The translations under genes were made by a program, and so were the position numbers. The notes under the pieces were generated by a model, which saw nothing but the letters and a program-made list of their open reading frames with translations, ran no database searches and had not been told where the DNA came from. A stretch of 64,000 nucleotides of DNA from assembly GCA_965223615.1 (NCBI GenBank), contig CBDCXB010000002.1, positions 114,267 through 178,266 on the forward strand, written 5' to 3'. The stretch comes from Nitrospirales bacterium. Its GTDB lineage: Bacteria; Nitrospirota; Nitrospiria; Nitrospirales; UBA8639. The stretch's first letter is position 1. Each line of letters opens with the position of its first letter. Below, in pieces: positions 48,809 through 61,734 of this stretch.

Positions 48809-49830
48809 GGAGCCAGTTTTTGGGAAAAGGCAATGAGTTTTTCCAATTTTTCATAAGCGGCGCCGGAACTCACGACTTGTGCCGCTTCTTCATATCCTTC
48901 TTTTAACGAGGAAGCTTTTTGGCAAGCCACGAACGCCGGAGCGGCGTTCATGAGGACGATATCCCGTTTCGGGCCTTGGCGTCCTCGAAGAATATCCAGA
49001 ATGATTTGGGCATTATCGTTTGGCCCTCCACCCAAAAGTTCTTTGCTGGAAACCGGTTCAAGGCCAAAGTCCTCCGGACTGATAGAATACCGTTGGACCC
49101 GACCTTTATTCCCTTCCGAAATGGTGGTTTGGCTAGTTAAGGAAATTTCATCGAGCCCATCTGCTCCATGGAGGACAAAACAGCGTTGAGTTCCTAATCG
49201 GACTAAGACTTGAGCCAACCGATCGGTTAGCGCTTCGTCGTAGACGCCGAGGACCTGAATCGTGGCACCGGCAGGGTTTGAAAGAGGCCCCATGATATTC
49301 ATGAGGGTGCGAATTCCCAGTTCAGCCCGGGGTTTCGCACAATGTTTCATGGCTCCGTGGTACAGGGGGGCGAAAAGAAACCCAATCCCCACTTCGTTGA
49401 TACAATCACCGACTGTTTGAGGGGAGAGTTCAATGTTTACTCCAAGAGCTGATAAAACATCCGCACTGCCCGACCGAGAAGAAACAGAGCGATTCCCGTG
49501 TTTGGCCACGGTAATGCCTGCACCGGCGACGACGAATGCGGCTGCAGTGGAGATGTTAAAGGTTCCACTTTTGTCGCCACCCGTCCCGCAGGTATCCACC
49601 ACTTGTGGGTCGGAGATAGGAATGCGTGTGGCCATACTCCGCATGGCTCGCACTGAGCCAGCAATTTCTTCGATGGTTTCTCCCTTGCTTCGTAAGCCCA
49701 TCAGGTAAGCCGCGATCTGGGATTCCGTGGCCTGTCCTTGCATGATCTCTAACATCGTGGCTTCGGCTTCTTTTTCCGAAAGGTCGATGCGGTCAGCAAG
49801 TTTGGCAATCATGTCTTTCATGGTACTCAT
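48805..49830 (-). CDS. trpD: Anthranilate phosphoribosyltransferase
   Basis: DTCGTGGD, NIST, AKHGNRSVSSRSGSAD and GLDEIS motifs. Confidence 0.97.
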   Translation of the reverse strand: MSTMKDMIAKLADRIDLSEKEAEATMLEIMQGQATESQIAAYLMGLRSKGETIEEIAGSVRAMRSMATRIPISDPQVVDTCGTGGDKSGTFNISTAAAFVVAGAGITVAKHGNRSVSSRSGSADVLSALGVNIELSPQTVGDCINEVGIGFLFAPLYHGAMKHCAKPRAELGIRTLMNIMGPLSNPAGATIQVLGVYDEALTDRLAQVLVRLGTQRCFVLHGADGLDEISLTSQTTISEGNKGRVQRYSISPEDFGLEPVSSKELLGGGPNDNAQIILDILRGRQGPKRDIVLMNAAPAFVACQKASSLKEGYEEAAQVVSSGAAYEKLEKLIAFSQKLAP

Positions 49831-49871
49831 CCTGCGAAATCCTCCCTGTCAGTCACAAATCCTGTGGAGGA

Positions 49872-50459
49872 TTAGGTTTTGACTTCCGAAGGGGCAGATA
49901 GTTGGAGAAAATTGTTCAACAAGTCTTTTCCCGAAGTCGTTAAGATCGATTCAGGGTGAAATTGTACCCCCTCTGCTCCCGAAGGCCGATGCCGCAATCC
50001 CATGATTTCTCCCTCAACCGTCTCAGCTGAGATTTCGAAGTCTGAAGGAAGGGACTCCCGATTTACGATAAGAGAATGATACCGTGTGGCTTCAAAGGGG
50101 TTAGGGAGACCGGAAAAAATCGTCCGCCCATCGTGGTGGACCTGGGAGGTCTTTCCATGCATCAGTCGATCGGCCCGGACGATTTGCCCATCAAAGGCAT
50201 AAGCTAAAGACTGATGCCCCAAGCAGACCCCTAAAAGGGGGAGACGGCCGGCAAAGTGCTGCACGACCTCCACCGAAATCCCAGCTTCATTCGGAGTACA
50301 GGGCCCGGGGGAAATAAGAAGCCGTTCAGGGGCAAGGGATTCTATGTCGTCCACGGTCAATTGATCATGGCGGAATACTTGGACTTCCGCGCCCAATTCT
50401 CCCAGGTATTGAACGAGGTTGTAGGTGAAAGAATCGTAATTATCGATCACCAGGAGCAT
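49872..50459 (-). CDS. trpG: Anthranilate synthase component II
   Basis: [26 protein letters not shown] and QFHPES motifs. Confidence 0.95.
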   Translation of the reverse strand: MLLVIDNYDSFTYNLVQYLGELGAEVQVFRHDQLTVDDIESLAPERLLISPGPCTPNEAGISVEVVQHFAGRLPLLGVCLGHQSLAYAFDGQIVRADRLMHGKTSQVHHDGRTIFSGLPNPFEATRYHSLIVNRESLPSDFEISAETVEGEIMGLRHRPSGAEGVQFHPESILTTSGKDLLNNFLQLSAPSEVKT

Positions 50460-50477
50460 AGGTCACCATTGTCTCGA

Positions 50478-51974
50478 TCAGGTTAATCCTCGTTCAGCCA
50501 TTTCGATGCCTCGCATCATCGCTCCAGCCTTATTACAGGTCTCTTCGTATTCCTTGGTCGGGTCGGAATCGGCCACGATACCAGCCCCTGCCTGAATATA
50601 GGCCTTTTTCCCCTTGATGACGACGGTTCGGATATTGATGCAGGTATCCATGTTCCCTGAAAAACTGAAGTAGCCGACCGCCCCCGCATAAGGTCCGCGA
50701 CGAGTCGGTTCTAATTCTTCGATAATCTGCATCGCCCGGATCTTGGGAGCTCCGGAAACGGTTCCCGCGGGAAAACAGGCCTTCATGACATCATAGGAAG
50801 ACAGATCAGGATGGAGTTTGCCGGTGACCTGGGACACGATATGCATGACGTGGGAATACCGTTCAATCTTTAAGAAACGCTCTACATTTACCGTGCCGGT
50901 TTGGGCCACTCGCCCCGTATCATTCCGTCCTAAATCGACGAGCATGACATGTTCGGCCAGTTCCTTGTGGTCGGATAAGAGGTCTCGTTCCAACGCATGA
51001 TCGTCTTGAGGTGTCTTCCCGCGGGGGCGAGTTCCGGCAATAGGCCGGACTACGATTTCACCTTCCTCGCACCGAACTAAAATTTCCGGTGACGCCCCGA
51101 CCAACTCTATCCCTGCTATTCGCAGGTAAAACATATACGGAGAGGGGTTGATGATCCTCAACGCTCGATAAATTTCGAACGGATTGGTACGGATGGTGGT
51201 TTCCCAACGTTGGGACATAACGCCCTGAATGATATCCCCAGCTTGAATATATTCCTTGGTACGAAGAACCATCTTTTCAAATTCCACCGGAGTCATGTTG
51301 GATTGAAATTTAAGGGACCGTCGGCTTTTAATGGGCGTGGGTTTCTTGACGGACTTATTGAGTTTGTGGATGATGGCATCGATGCGTTGTGTGGCCTCCT
51401 GATAGGTCTTTCGCAGGTCGGATTTCTTGGTGCTACCAATGAAAGCATTGGCCACGACTTTAATCGTATGGGCCACATTGTCAAAAATCAGCAGTGTATC
51501 GGTGATGCAAAAAGCGAAGAGGGGAGTCCCTACTTGAGCCTTCGGAACAGTGGGAACCGGCTCAAAAAATTTCACCACATCGTACCCTAAAAACCCTACC
51601 GCTCCCCCGACGAAAGGAGGCAGACCAGGGACCGCCACGGGTTGATACCCTTCCATGGCTTCCTGGATATGGTCTAGGGGGTTGGCCCGGAGGGATTCGC
51701 GTGTCTGCTTGCGACCTTTTTGCGTGACGACTTCCCCGTTTTCTTCCCAAATTAAGACGGAGGGGCGACTGCCCAAAAATGAATAGCGAGCCCAATTCTC
51801 TCCACCCTCAATGCTTTCGAATAAAAACGCATGTGGTCCCGAATTGATTTTGGTAAAAGCCGAGACCGGGGTCTCATAATCTGCAAGGATTTCACGATAC
51901 AAGGGAACAAGATTTCCCTTGGTTGCCAGATCACAAAATTCTTCAAAACCCACTGAATAATAAGCATTTTTCAT
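50478..51974 (-). CDS. trpE: Anthranilate synthase component I
   Basis: NPSPYM, SPE, PIAGTRPRG, AEHVMLVDLGRND and GAPKIRAM motifs. Confidence 0.96.
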   Translation of the reverse strand: MKNAYYSVGFEEFCDLATKGNLVPLYREILADYETPVSAFTKINSGPHAFLFESIEGGENWARYSFLGSRPSVLIWEENGEVVTQKGRKQTRESLRANPLDHIQEAMEGYQPVAVPGLPPFVGGAVGFLGYDVVKFFEPVPTVPKAQVGTPLFAFCITDTLLIFDNVAHTIKVVANAFIGSTKKSDLRKTYQEATQRIDAIIHKLNKSVKKPTPIKSRRSLKFQSNMTPVEFEKMVLRTKEYIQAGDIIQGVMSQRWETTIRTNPFEIYRALRIINPSPYMFYLRIAGIELVGASPEILVRCEEGEIVVRPIAGTRPRGKTPQDDHALERDLLSDHKELAEHVMLVDLGRNDTGRVAQTGTVNVERFLKIERYSHVMHIVSQVTGKLHPDLSSYDVMKACFPAGTVSGAPKIRAMQIIEELEPTRRGPYAGAVGYFSFSGNMDTCINIRTVVIKGKKAYIQAGAGIVADSDPTKEYEETCNKAGAMMRGIEMAERGLT

Positions 51975-52052
51975 GAAATCGACGGTAGCATACGGTCTGG
52001 GGGCTGTCAACGAAAGGGATAAGCCCAGGCGAGGGCATAGCACTAGGAAGAC

Positions 52053-52097
52053 AAAAAAAAGCTAGGAGCCTGAAGCGAGATCATTCAGACTCCTAGC
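52053..52097 (-). terminator. Intrinsic terminator after the LysM gene, upstream of trpE
   Basis: On the minus strand gctaggagtctgaa...ttcaggctcctagc followed by T8. Confidence 0.75.
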
Positions 52098-52125
52098 AGA
52101 TTAGGAAACGATCGAAGTGAACGAT

Positions 52126-52812
52126 TTAGGGAGCGCTGACGATGAGTTTCTGGCCAACGTGGATGGTATTGTCATCCAGATTGTTCCAAGCCTTTAATTC
52201 ATCGACGCCCACACCATATTGCTTGGAAAGCCTGTAGAGCGTTTCCCCTTTGCTCACCGTATGTTCCTCACCATCCATGGAAACTTCGGGAAGATCGGCG
52301 GCGGTTTCCAATGGGACGTCGGAATCCAGTTTTAAGTCCGATTCCAGTTGCGCCAAGTCGGAGTCCTTAAAGTCCAAATCGTCAAGACCAAATTCCGAAA
52401 TAGATGGTTCGTCCAATTTCAGGTCGTCAGCTTTCCCACCTTCACGGACGCGGGCGAGTTCATCGTGGGAACGATTGAGTTGATCACGCAGAGCTTCCAA
52501 TTCCGCGTTCACATCACGGTTCTGTGACTCTATGGAGCTTAACTTGCGTTGAGCGTCCTGATATTTGACGTTAAGTTCACCGGTTCGTTTTTCTTCTTGC
52601 GCGAGGAGCCGTTGGAAGTTCAAGGCCCGGGCTTTTTCGGCTTCATATTTTTCCGAGCTGACACATCCGGAGAAGAGCCCTCCAAACAGGAGTATGGCAA
52701 GTCCGGCTTTCAGGTAAAGGTTCCATTGGGTTGGTCGAGGGTCTACCTGGGACCCTGTAATCGTTCTCTGCGCCATATTACGCATTCCTCCTCCATTGAG
52801 GTTCATAGTCAA
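52126..52812 (-). CDS. LysM peptidoglycan-binding lipoprotein with a coiled coil
   Basis: Lipobox LFSGC; C-terminal HTVSKGETLYRLSKQYGV...WNNL..IHVGQKL. Confidence 0.9.
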   Translation of the reverse strand: MTMNLNGGGMRNMAQRTITGSQVDPRPTQWNLYLKAGLAILLFGGLFSGCVSSEKYEAEKARALNFQRLLAQEEKRTGELNVKYQDAQRKLSSIESQNRDVNAELEALRDQLNRSHDELARVREGGKADDLKLDEPSISEFGLDDLDFKDSDLAQLESDLKLDSDVPLETAADLPEVSMDGEEHTVSKGETLYRLSKQYGVGVDELKAWNNLDDNTIHVGQKLIVSAP

Positions 52813-52960
52813 TCTTCCTCCACGTGAACAATTTCTAAAAATACGGATTGAAACCTTAGCATCCGGTTCGCTTCTCCTACACCATAATTCGGAATCAGGG
52901 TAATGTCAAACCTCTGTATATCAATGAGAAAATGTTTGAGAAGACTGGATGAATTGACCC

Positions 52961-53968
52961 GTGAAAAATGCCTATGATAGGTTGCCAGAACGATTGCATT
53001 CCTCCTTAGGTATGGTCCCACACACTCCAGAATCTACCCATCCTACCACCGTCCGAATAGGACAGGTTTCCCTTCGACTTTCCCGTCCATTAACCCTCAA
53101 GCAACAGTGGATGGGGGAGCGAGAGATATTGCGCCAATTATTGGCCTGCTGGTTTGTGGTGGATGAAAAAGATTGTCCCCTCACCCCCCGTGTGATTGGC
53201 CAACCCGGGGTCGGCAAAACAACTCTGGCAATGGCCGCCGCTCAGGAACGCAAGCAGGATCTTTTCATCTACCAATGTACGGCCGATACCCGGCCCGAAG
53301 ATCTCTTGGTGTCTCCAGTGATTGCGGAGGGAGGAACGATCACCTATCAGGCGTCGCCCCTCGTGACAGCCATGGTGACTGGCGGTGTGTGTCTCTTGGA
53401 TGAAGGCAATCGGATGAATGAAAAGAGTTGGGCCTCCCTGGCCTCCCTTCTTGATCATCGGCGGTCGGTTGAATCCATCCTCACCGGAGTTCAGATTCAC
53501 GCCCATGAACACTTCCGCTGTTGTGTCACGATGAATGAAGATGCTTCCACTTATGAAGTTCCGGATTATATCCTTTCCCGCCTTCAACCGACGTTAAAGG
53601 TCGGATTTCCGGACAAAGACCAGGAGTTGGCTATCCTGTCCTACCACCTTCCCTTCGCTTCGGCGGAATTGATCCAGTTGACCGTGGAGTTTTTGCAACA
53701 AGCTCATCAATTGGATTTGCCGTTTTCCGTTCGTGATGGAATTCATATGGTCCAGTATGCGATGAAACGCATGAGTCAGGATCCCAAGCATCCTTTGGCA
53801 CGAGATGAGGCCTGGCGGGAAGCCCTGATAAAAATCCTAGGAGAGGAAGCGTTAAATTTGGAACAACTTGCCAAGTCCCGCTCACACGCCTTGGGAGGCC
53901 AAAACCTCCCCAAGGGATTGGGAGACTTTTTCTTTGAAGAGGATCATCCCCTCCACCCAGACCATTAA
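52961..53968 (+). CDS. MoxR-like AAA+ ATPase
   Basis: GQPGVGKT Walker [10 protein letters not shown] Walker B, TMNED. Confidence 0.9.
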   Translation: MKNAYDRLPERLHSSLGMVPHTPESTHPTTVRIGQVSLRLSRPLTLKQQWMGEREILRQLLACWFVVDEKDCPLTPRVIGQPGVGKTTLAMAAAQERKQDLFIYQCTADTRPEDLLVSPVIAEGGTITYQASPLVTAMVTGGVCLLDEGNRMNEKSWASLASLLDHRRSVESILTGVQIHAHEHFRCCVTMNEDASTYEVPDYILSRLQPTLKVGFPDKDQELAILSYHLPFASAELIQLTVEFLQQAHQLDLPFSVRDGIHMVQYAMKRMSQDPKHPLARDEAWREALIKILGEEALNLEQLAKSRSHALGGQNLPKGLGDFFFEEDHPLHPDH

Positions 53969-54052
53969 TGCTCATGAGAGCCTGAAAATCTTCAACACCC
54001 CAAGAAGGCTCTGGTGAAAGACCATTTGAGACGAGTTGAGGGGTAGATCGCC

Positions 54053-55948
54053 ATGGATTCAGGTTCTCTGACCCCAACCGCTGTTTTTTCTTTATCGTCT
54101 CGGGTCCAAGTGCTCCCCATCATTCACGGAAGTGGAGATATGGCCTCTACGGTCCGCGACGTCATGGTATCAAATCCCATCGATTGCCTGGCACTTCCGT
54201 TGCCACCGTCAGTGGAAGAACGGCTTGAACAAGCGGTGGAAGAACTCCCGGCCATCAGTGTAGTGCTCCTGCCGGAAGAAACATCGGAGGAAACCGAACG
54301 ATGCTCATTCGTCCCGGTCGATCCCTGTCAGCCGGTGGTGATGGGGATTCGCGTGGGCATGGGTGAAGGTATTGTGCGGGCCTATGTTGACCGGGAAGTG
54401 GCACACTATGAACCGACGCCGTGGACAGGGCCTGATCCGTATACCTTAAAGTCCGTGTCTCTCGCCACCTTTGCAGCAGCCACCATTCCCTTTCTCCCGC
54501 AACCGGATACCAACGGAGCCCGTTGGAAGCGGATCTGTTGGATGGCCTTTCGGCTGCATGAATTAGAATTAGACTTTCACCATATTCTTTTGCTTTGCCC
54601 GATGAGTGATTGGCCCTGGCTGCGGCAGGCTTACCAGGAACGATTGCCGTTTGAATCCCCGGAAAGACCACAGGGCTTTCCAGACTGCTGGAAGGTCGAC
54701 CCTGAGACGCTCTATTTTGTCTTAGGAGAGTTACCCTTTGTCACACAACTTTATGAACAACGCCGTGCGGAAGCCCGATCGGATTCCCATTTATCGGTCG
54801 ACGGAGTGAAGGAATTAGTGCTGGAAGCCCGCTCTCGCTGGATGGAGACACGCCCATCCTCTATCATTCAGGAAGCGAATTGGGTGACGCCACAATTATT
54901 ACAACGGTATTTTCAATACGTCAGGAATCTCACCCTGATGGACCGCCGATTGACACCGGATCTCTATACTCTGGTCCAAGCGGCCCAACAAATGGCGGGA
55001 GATGAATTTGCCTTGGTCCTATTGGAAACCGCCAAGTCTTACCACTATCAGACAGACGAGGTGGTCTCCGAAGCTTCTCCGGGCGTTCGAATAGGAATGG
55101 GCGCACTCCAAGACCCGGATGGAGGAATTCTTCAAGCCACCAATCGGTTGGAAGGTCCTCCATTAGTCTGGCGGAACATCACGTTGCGACCCAAACCGAC
55201 TCCACCCCAAAAACAGGCTTGGTCCTACCAATGGAACCCCTTAGGACAATGTTCTTGGCCACCTGAAGATGAACGAATCGAATCGTTTGCCTCACACGTC
55301 CGGCAACAAAGCCGGCAGGTGCTGGGAGCCGATTTAGCCCGGATTGAAAAGTTTTCCACTTCCTTGGAAGACGGCATTGATGTCCGGGGAACCCTTCGCC
55401 AATGGACGTCTTCGTCATCACGTGCTCTATCCGATATTCATGTGAAGGTGATTCCGCCCGCACGAGGGACGATTGAAGTCATTGTCTTTTTCTTCGAAGT
55501 TCCGGCCGATCCTGAGAAGTTTTCCTGGAGAACCACCTGGTATGCCGAACATCAAGAAGAATCCACCTTAAGTTTTTTTGCCACCCCGTTTTCGACCAAT
55601 ATGATCGGGCCGGGAATCGGGGAAGCCTGTTATGGAGGAGCCTTGTTCTTGTTTCCTCCACGACTGATTCCGGATATCTGGGAAAATCCCATCTTTGACT
55701 TTGCCGCGACCTTAGAAGAACGATTGTTGGCAGGGGCCTGCGGCCATTCCCAGGAAACACACGTTGCGGTCGTGTCTCCAGTTCCCTTGAAAGCCGCCTG
55801 GCGAAAAATTGCCCGGCGTTTCCATCGAAAATTGGTTCCGATACCGCTCCATCGTTTTTCAGGACAAACCATCGCCTGTCTCAGAAAGTTTCATGTGCTC
55901 AACGGACATGAAATTCGGAGCTATGCCTCTCGATTCATTCGAGAATAG
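54053..55948 (+). CDS. Hypothetical MoxR-partner protein (YehM-like N-terminus, degenerate pre-VWA motif)
   Basis: 631 aa directly downstream of the AAA gene; GIDVRGTLR motif; family assignment from recall only. Confidence 0.65.
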   Translation: MDSGSLTPTAVFSLSSRVQVLPIIHGSGDMASTVRDVMVSNPIDCLALPLPPSVEERLEQAVEELPAISVVLLPEETSEETERCSFVPVDPCQPVVMGIRVGMGEGIVRAYVDREVAHYEPTPWTGPDPYTLKSVSLATFAAATIPFLPQPDTNGARWKRICWMAFRLHELELDFHHILLLCPMSDWPWLRQAYQERLPFESPERPQGFPDCWKVDPETLYFVLGELPFVTQLYEQRRAEARSDSHLSVDGVKELVLEARSRWMETRPSSIIQEANWVTPQLLQRYFQYVRNLTLMDRRLTPDLYTLVQAAQQMAGDEFALVLLETAKSYHYQTDEVVSEASPGVRIGMGALQDPDGGILQATNRLEGPPLVWRNITLRPKPTPPQKQAWSYQWNPLGQCSWPPEDERIESFASHVRQQSRQVLGADLARIEKFSTSLEDGIDVRGTLRQWTSSSSRALSDIHVKVIPPARGTIEVIVFFFEVPADPEKFSWRTTWYAEHQEESTLSFFATPFSTNMIGPGIGEACYGGALFLFPPRLIPDIWENPIFDFAATLEERLLAGACGHSQETHVAVVSPVPLKAAWRKIARRFHRKLVPIPLHRFSGQTIACLRKFHVLNGHEIRSYASRFIRE

Positions 55949-58012
<2,064 letters not shown>

Positions 58013-58097
58013 TTTTCTTCCCAATGTCGTGATACCTGCAATTTTAAAGTCTGCCCCTGCAGTTTTTGGAAGGGGCCTGTATCTCTTTATCCGTTTC

Positions 58098-58181
58098 GTC
58101 ATTCCCGACATCAATAATCAGGAATCCTTCTTGGAGTTTTTTCCTCTTATTCTCCTGGATTCCCGCTTTCGCGGGAAGGAC
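58098..58181. repeat. REP/dRS3-like palindromic pair
   Basis: gtcattcccg...caggaatcc and tggattcccgctttcgcgggaaggac in inverted orientation, in the ligA-mlt intergenic region. Confidence 0.65.
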
Positions 58182-58281
58182 GATACCTCCTCCCGAAAAT
58201 TCCATTCATATCCCTAAAATACTCTACGAACAGTCTGTTTCCATTCCTAGCCGGAAGAGCATTTTGTAGTATGATAAAAAA

Positions 58282-59304
58282 GTGTTTATGGAGTCTTCTT
58301 GCAGATATGAAATCTCTCATCCCTCTAGGAGTCAAAAACGAGTGATATACCATTTTTTCCTCGCAACAGTGTTGGTTGTTCTCTGGCCTTCTCTCTCGTT
58401 TGCCGAAGAAAGTTTTGACCAATGGGTCGGTACCTTGAAACAGGAGGCCGTGGAGAAGGGTATTTCTTCTTCCCTAGTCGATGAAGCGTTTCAGGGAGTG
58501 AAGCCTTTAGCACGTGTCCTGGAATTAGACCGAAAACAACCTGAGTCCACGATGACGTTTGGACAGTACAAAAAAAGGATTGTTTCGACTCAGCGGGTTC
58601 AACGGGGCCGTACCATGAGATCAAAGTACGATGCCATTCTAGAAAAGGTTGGGGATCATTATGGGGTGCAACCTCGATTTATCGTGGCTCTCTGGGGTAT
58701 TGAAACGTATTACGGGAAAAATACCGGGGGCTACAGCATTATCGAAGCGTTGGCTACTTTGGCCTTTGATGGACGACGCAGCCAGTATTTTCGCACGGAA
58801 CTCCTGAATGCCCTGAAGATTTTACATGAGGGTCATATTTCTCTGAAGAAAATGAAAGGGTCCTGGGCGGGAGCGATGGGACAATGTCAGTTCATGCCCA
58901 GTAGTTTTTTGCGATTTGCCGTGGACTTTGACAAGGATGGGAGAAAAGATATTTGGACGACCCCGGCCGATGTGTTCGCGTCTGCTGCGAATTATCTGGC
59001 TCAATCCGGTTGGCGGGGCACGCAGATTTGGGGTCGTCGGGCTCAACTTCCTCAAGGGTTTAACGCCAAACAAGCCAGTTTAAAAATTAAGAAACCACTT
59101 CAAGTTTGGCAAAAATTGGGTATTCGGCGGGGCGATGGAAGTAATTTGCCTCTGGTGCCCATCAAGGCCTCGGTGGTGTTGCCTGATGGAAAAGGTGGAC
59201 CGGCCTATTTGGTCTACGATAATTACCGGGTCATCATGAAATGGAATCGGTCGACCTACTTTGCGACAAGCGTGGGGCTTCTGGCTGATTCTATCGGATA
59301 CTGA
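58282..59304 (+). CDS. Lytic murein transglycosylase (MltB-like)
   Basis: DRKQPE, ALWGIETYYG, LATLAFDGRR and GSWAGAMGQCQFMPSSF motifs. Confidence 0.93.
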   Translation: MFMESSCRYEISHPSRSQKRVIYHFFLATVLVVLWPSLSFAEESFDQWVGTLKQEAVEKGISSSLVDEAFQGVKPLARVLELDRKQPESTMTFGQYKKRIVSTQRVQRGRTMRSKYDAILEKVGDHYGVQPRFIVALWGIETYYGKNTGGYSIIEALATLAFDGRRSQYFRTELLNALKILHEGHISLKKMKGSWAGAMGQCQFMPSSFLRFAVDFDKDGRKDIWTTPADVFASAANYLAQSGWRGTQIWGRRAQLPQGFNAKQASLKIKKPLQVWQKLGIRRGDGSNLPLVPIKASVVLPDGKGGPAYLVYDNYRVIMKWNRSTYFATSVGLLADSIGY

Positions 59305-59428
59305 ATCCTCCCGAACCTTCTCAATAACGTTCCTGCCTCTACCTCAACCGATACATGAGACTCCGCGCTGGACCTCCTTCGGCTCGATATCACACTTCAA
59401 TCTGTTTCAAGAGAGTAAGAAAACGGAA

Positions 59429-60700
59429 TTACGGTTCGGAGCCGACCGGAGACGGTTCGGTCGAGGAGGGGTCTTGGACCGGCTGTTCTTTAATGATTTG
59501 TACACTCTTAATGGACCGTTCATCGGCTTCATGAACGATAAGGAGACAATTATCCGTATGGACCTTCTCGCCGATGGAGGGAATGTGACCAAGTTCCTCT
59601 AAAATGAGCCCGCTGATCGTGTTCTGTTCATCGTCTAATTCCACCTTCAGGAACTCATTGATCCGACGCACCTCAGTCCGGCCATCGACCAATATTTGAT
59701 TTTTCCCGGTTCGCCGTATCCATTCTTCGTGCAAGTCGCCTTCATCCAGGATTTCTCCCACCACTTCTTCCAGTAAGTCTTCAACGGTAACGAGTCCCAT
59801 AACACCGCCAAATTCATTCACCACGATCGCGATATGTCGCTTTTCCTGCTGAAACTGTTTCAGCAGATCGTCGGCGGTTTTGGTTGAGGGGATGAATAGG
59901 GGGGCCTTAGAAATTTCCTTGAGTTTTAGTTGTGAATGCCCCTGAGCTAATTCCATGAGGGCATGGCTTCGATACAGGATGCCGGTAATATTGTCCGGAT
60001 TTCCGTCATGGATCGGAATTCGAGAATATTTGGCCTTATACAGATCCTGCCTAGCGCCTTCCAGCGTTTGTGTTCCATCCAGGGCAAACATATAGATCCT
60101 GGGGGTCATGGCATCTTCCGCGGTTACATCGTTAAATTCAAAGACGTTTTTGATCATTTTGACTTCGTCTGTTTCCAACACCCCGGCTTTGCCCCCGGCA
60201 TCCAACATGATTTTCAACTCTTCCTCCGTGATAAAGGGTACGGTCAGGCCCCGGCCTCCGGTTAGCTTGAGGATGAAGGGTTCCAACACATACAGGAAGG
60301 GGAAAAAGAGCTGTTCCAGCCAATAAATGGGGTAGGCCAGGATCTGGACGGCTGTTTCGGCATATTTGGCACACAGGGTTTTGGGGACGATCTCGCCAAA
60401 CAGGAGCACCAGAAAGGTCAACAGGCCTGTGGCCACTGCCACGGCCTCGGACCCAAACAGACGAATGGCAATAAGCGTGGCCAACGAGGCGGCCATGATA
60501 TTCACGAGATTATTTCCGATCAGGATCGTGGAAAGGAGCCGTTGAGGGTTGGACCGTAACTTGAGGCCCATTTTGGCCCCCTTATGGCCCTCCTCCGCTA
60601 GGGTTTTAAGCCGGCTTTCCGTAATAGAGAAAAAAGCAATCTCTGCACCGGAAAAAAAGGCAGACAGGCCTAGACAAATAAAGACAGCGATAAAATCCAT
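59429..60700 (-). CDS. Hemolysin/CNNM (HlyC/CorC) family protein
   Basis: SAFFSGAEIAFFS, GEIVPK, CBS pair (YSRIP, VNEFGG...VEDLLEEVVGEI) and CorC_HlyC domain. Confidence 0.93.
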   Translation of the reverse strand: MDFIAVFICLGLSAFFSGAEIAFFSITESRLKTLAEEGHKGAKMGLKLRSNPQRLLSTILIGNNLVNIMAASLATLIAIRLFGSEAVAVATGLLTFLVLLFGEIVPKTLCAKYAETAVQILAYPIYWLEQLFFPFLYVLEPFILKLTGGRGLTVPFITEEELKIMLDAGGKAGVLETDEVKMIKNVFEFNDVTAEDAMTPRIYMFALDGTQTLEGARQDLYKAKYSRIPIHDGNPDNITGILYRSHALMELAQGHSQLKLKEISKAPLFIPSTKTADDLLKQFQQEKRHIAIVVNEFGGVMGLVTVEDLLEEVVGEILDEGDLHEEWIRRTGKNQILVDGRTEVRRINEFLKVELDDEQNTISGLILEELGHIPSIGEKVHTDNCLLIVHEADERSIKSVQIIKEQPVQDPSSTEPSPVGSEP

Positions 60701-60951
60701 GGGTAGATTAGCGAGCTCCTGCTGGGAAGCCGGAGAAGCCCCTTGGGCAGAGTATTTCTCCTACCATTCGGGACTGTGATATGTAGGGGAGTTGAATCAG
60801 TTGGGAATGAAAAGGATTGATAATTCGGCCCAACGTCCCATTGCGATAATGGGTTGACCTATCAGTGTCCATGTACCAATCAATCTACCATAGAGGTTTG
60901 GATTATGGCAATGAAATTTGGAAATAATCAATAATTTCCATTATATTTCAA

Positions 60952-61734
60952 TTAGTTATATTTAATGATTTTTGGGGTTCCTGGATAAGCTTTTTTCAAA
61001 CTGGATAGGACCTGTTCGGCTTGATTCTTCGAGGAAAAGGCTCCAATCTGGACACGATGAAATTCACCCGACGGTAATTGGATGGTGTTGACCCGAACTC
61101 CCGAATACGACTTAGCCAGGCGCTCTTTGAGGCTCATGGCCTGGGTTAGAGACGTAAAAGACCCGGCCTGTACCCAATACCGATTTGAGGCTTTTTTGAG
61201 GGAAGCGGTTCTCGAGGAACCCGGAGGGTTTAGGACGTGAAGAGTCACGGGTTCTGTCCCTTTTCCGACGATTCTCAGCTCTTTGGCGGCTGCATAGGAG
61301 AGGTCGATAATCCGACCTTTTACGAAAGGGCCTCGATCATTAATCCGTACCGTCACTGAGCGGCCTGTTTCTTGGGATTGAACTCGTACCATCGTTCCAA
61401 ACGGTAAAGTTTTATGGGCCGCGGTCATGGCCCACATATCAAACGGCTCTCCGCTGGCGGACAGCTTTCCATGAAATCCCGGTCCATACCAAGATGCCAC
61501 TCCTCTGCTGGGTGAATCCGGCTCAATTGGTAGCCGTTTCGTGGAGCCTCCCACACATCCGGCCGCCACGAGCAGAGCCATGAGACAGAAATGGAGTAAG
61601 AAAGATGGGCGCAAGACGGTTTTCCTCAGGTCGAAAACGAAAAATTTAGGGGGATTAGATGCTGAATCAAAAAGGGAGACCCAACCTCTTAAGAGGCCTG
61701 ATCCATGGCTTTTCGATCGATATACCTGTAGCAC
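60952..61734 (-). CDS. rlpA: Septal ring lytic transglycosylase RlpA with a SPOR domain
   Basis: GVASWYG, TAAHKTLPFGT, RINDRGPF and IIDLSYAAA; C-terminal SPOR; lipobox AAGC. True start is downstream of the ORF-track start. Confidence 0.93.
   Translation of the reverse strand: MLQVYRSKSHGSGLLRGWVSLFDSASNPPKFFVFDLRKTVLRPSFLLHFCLMALLVAAGCVGGSTKRLPIEPDSPSRGVASWYGPGFHGKLSASGEPFDMWAMTAAHKTLPFGTMVRVQSQETGRSVTVRINDRGPFVKGRIIDLSYAAAKELRIVGKGTEPVTLHVLNPPGSSRTASLKKASNRYWVQAGSFTSLTQAMSLKERLAKSYSGVRVNTIQLPSGEFHRVQIGAFSSKNQAEQVLSSLKKAYPGTPKIIKYN

Noticed and set aside
51975-52125. trp attenuator / leader peptide
   Set aside because: No short Trp-codon ORF seen; the hairpin there is explained as the LysM gene terminator.
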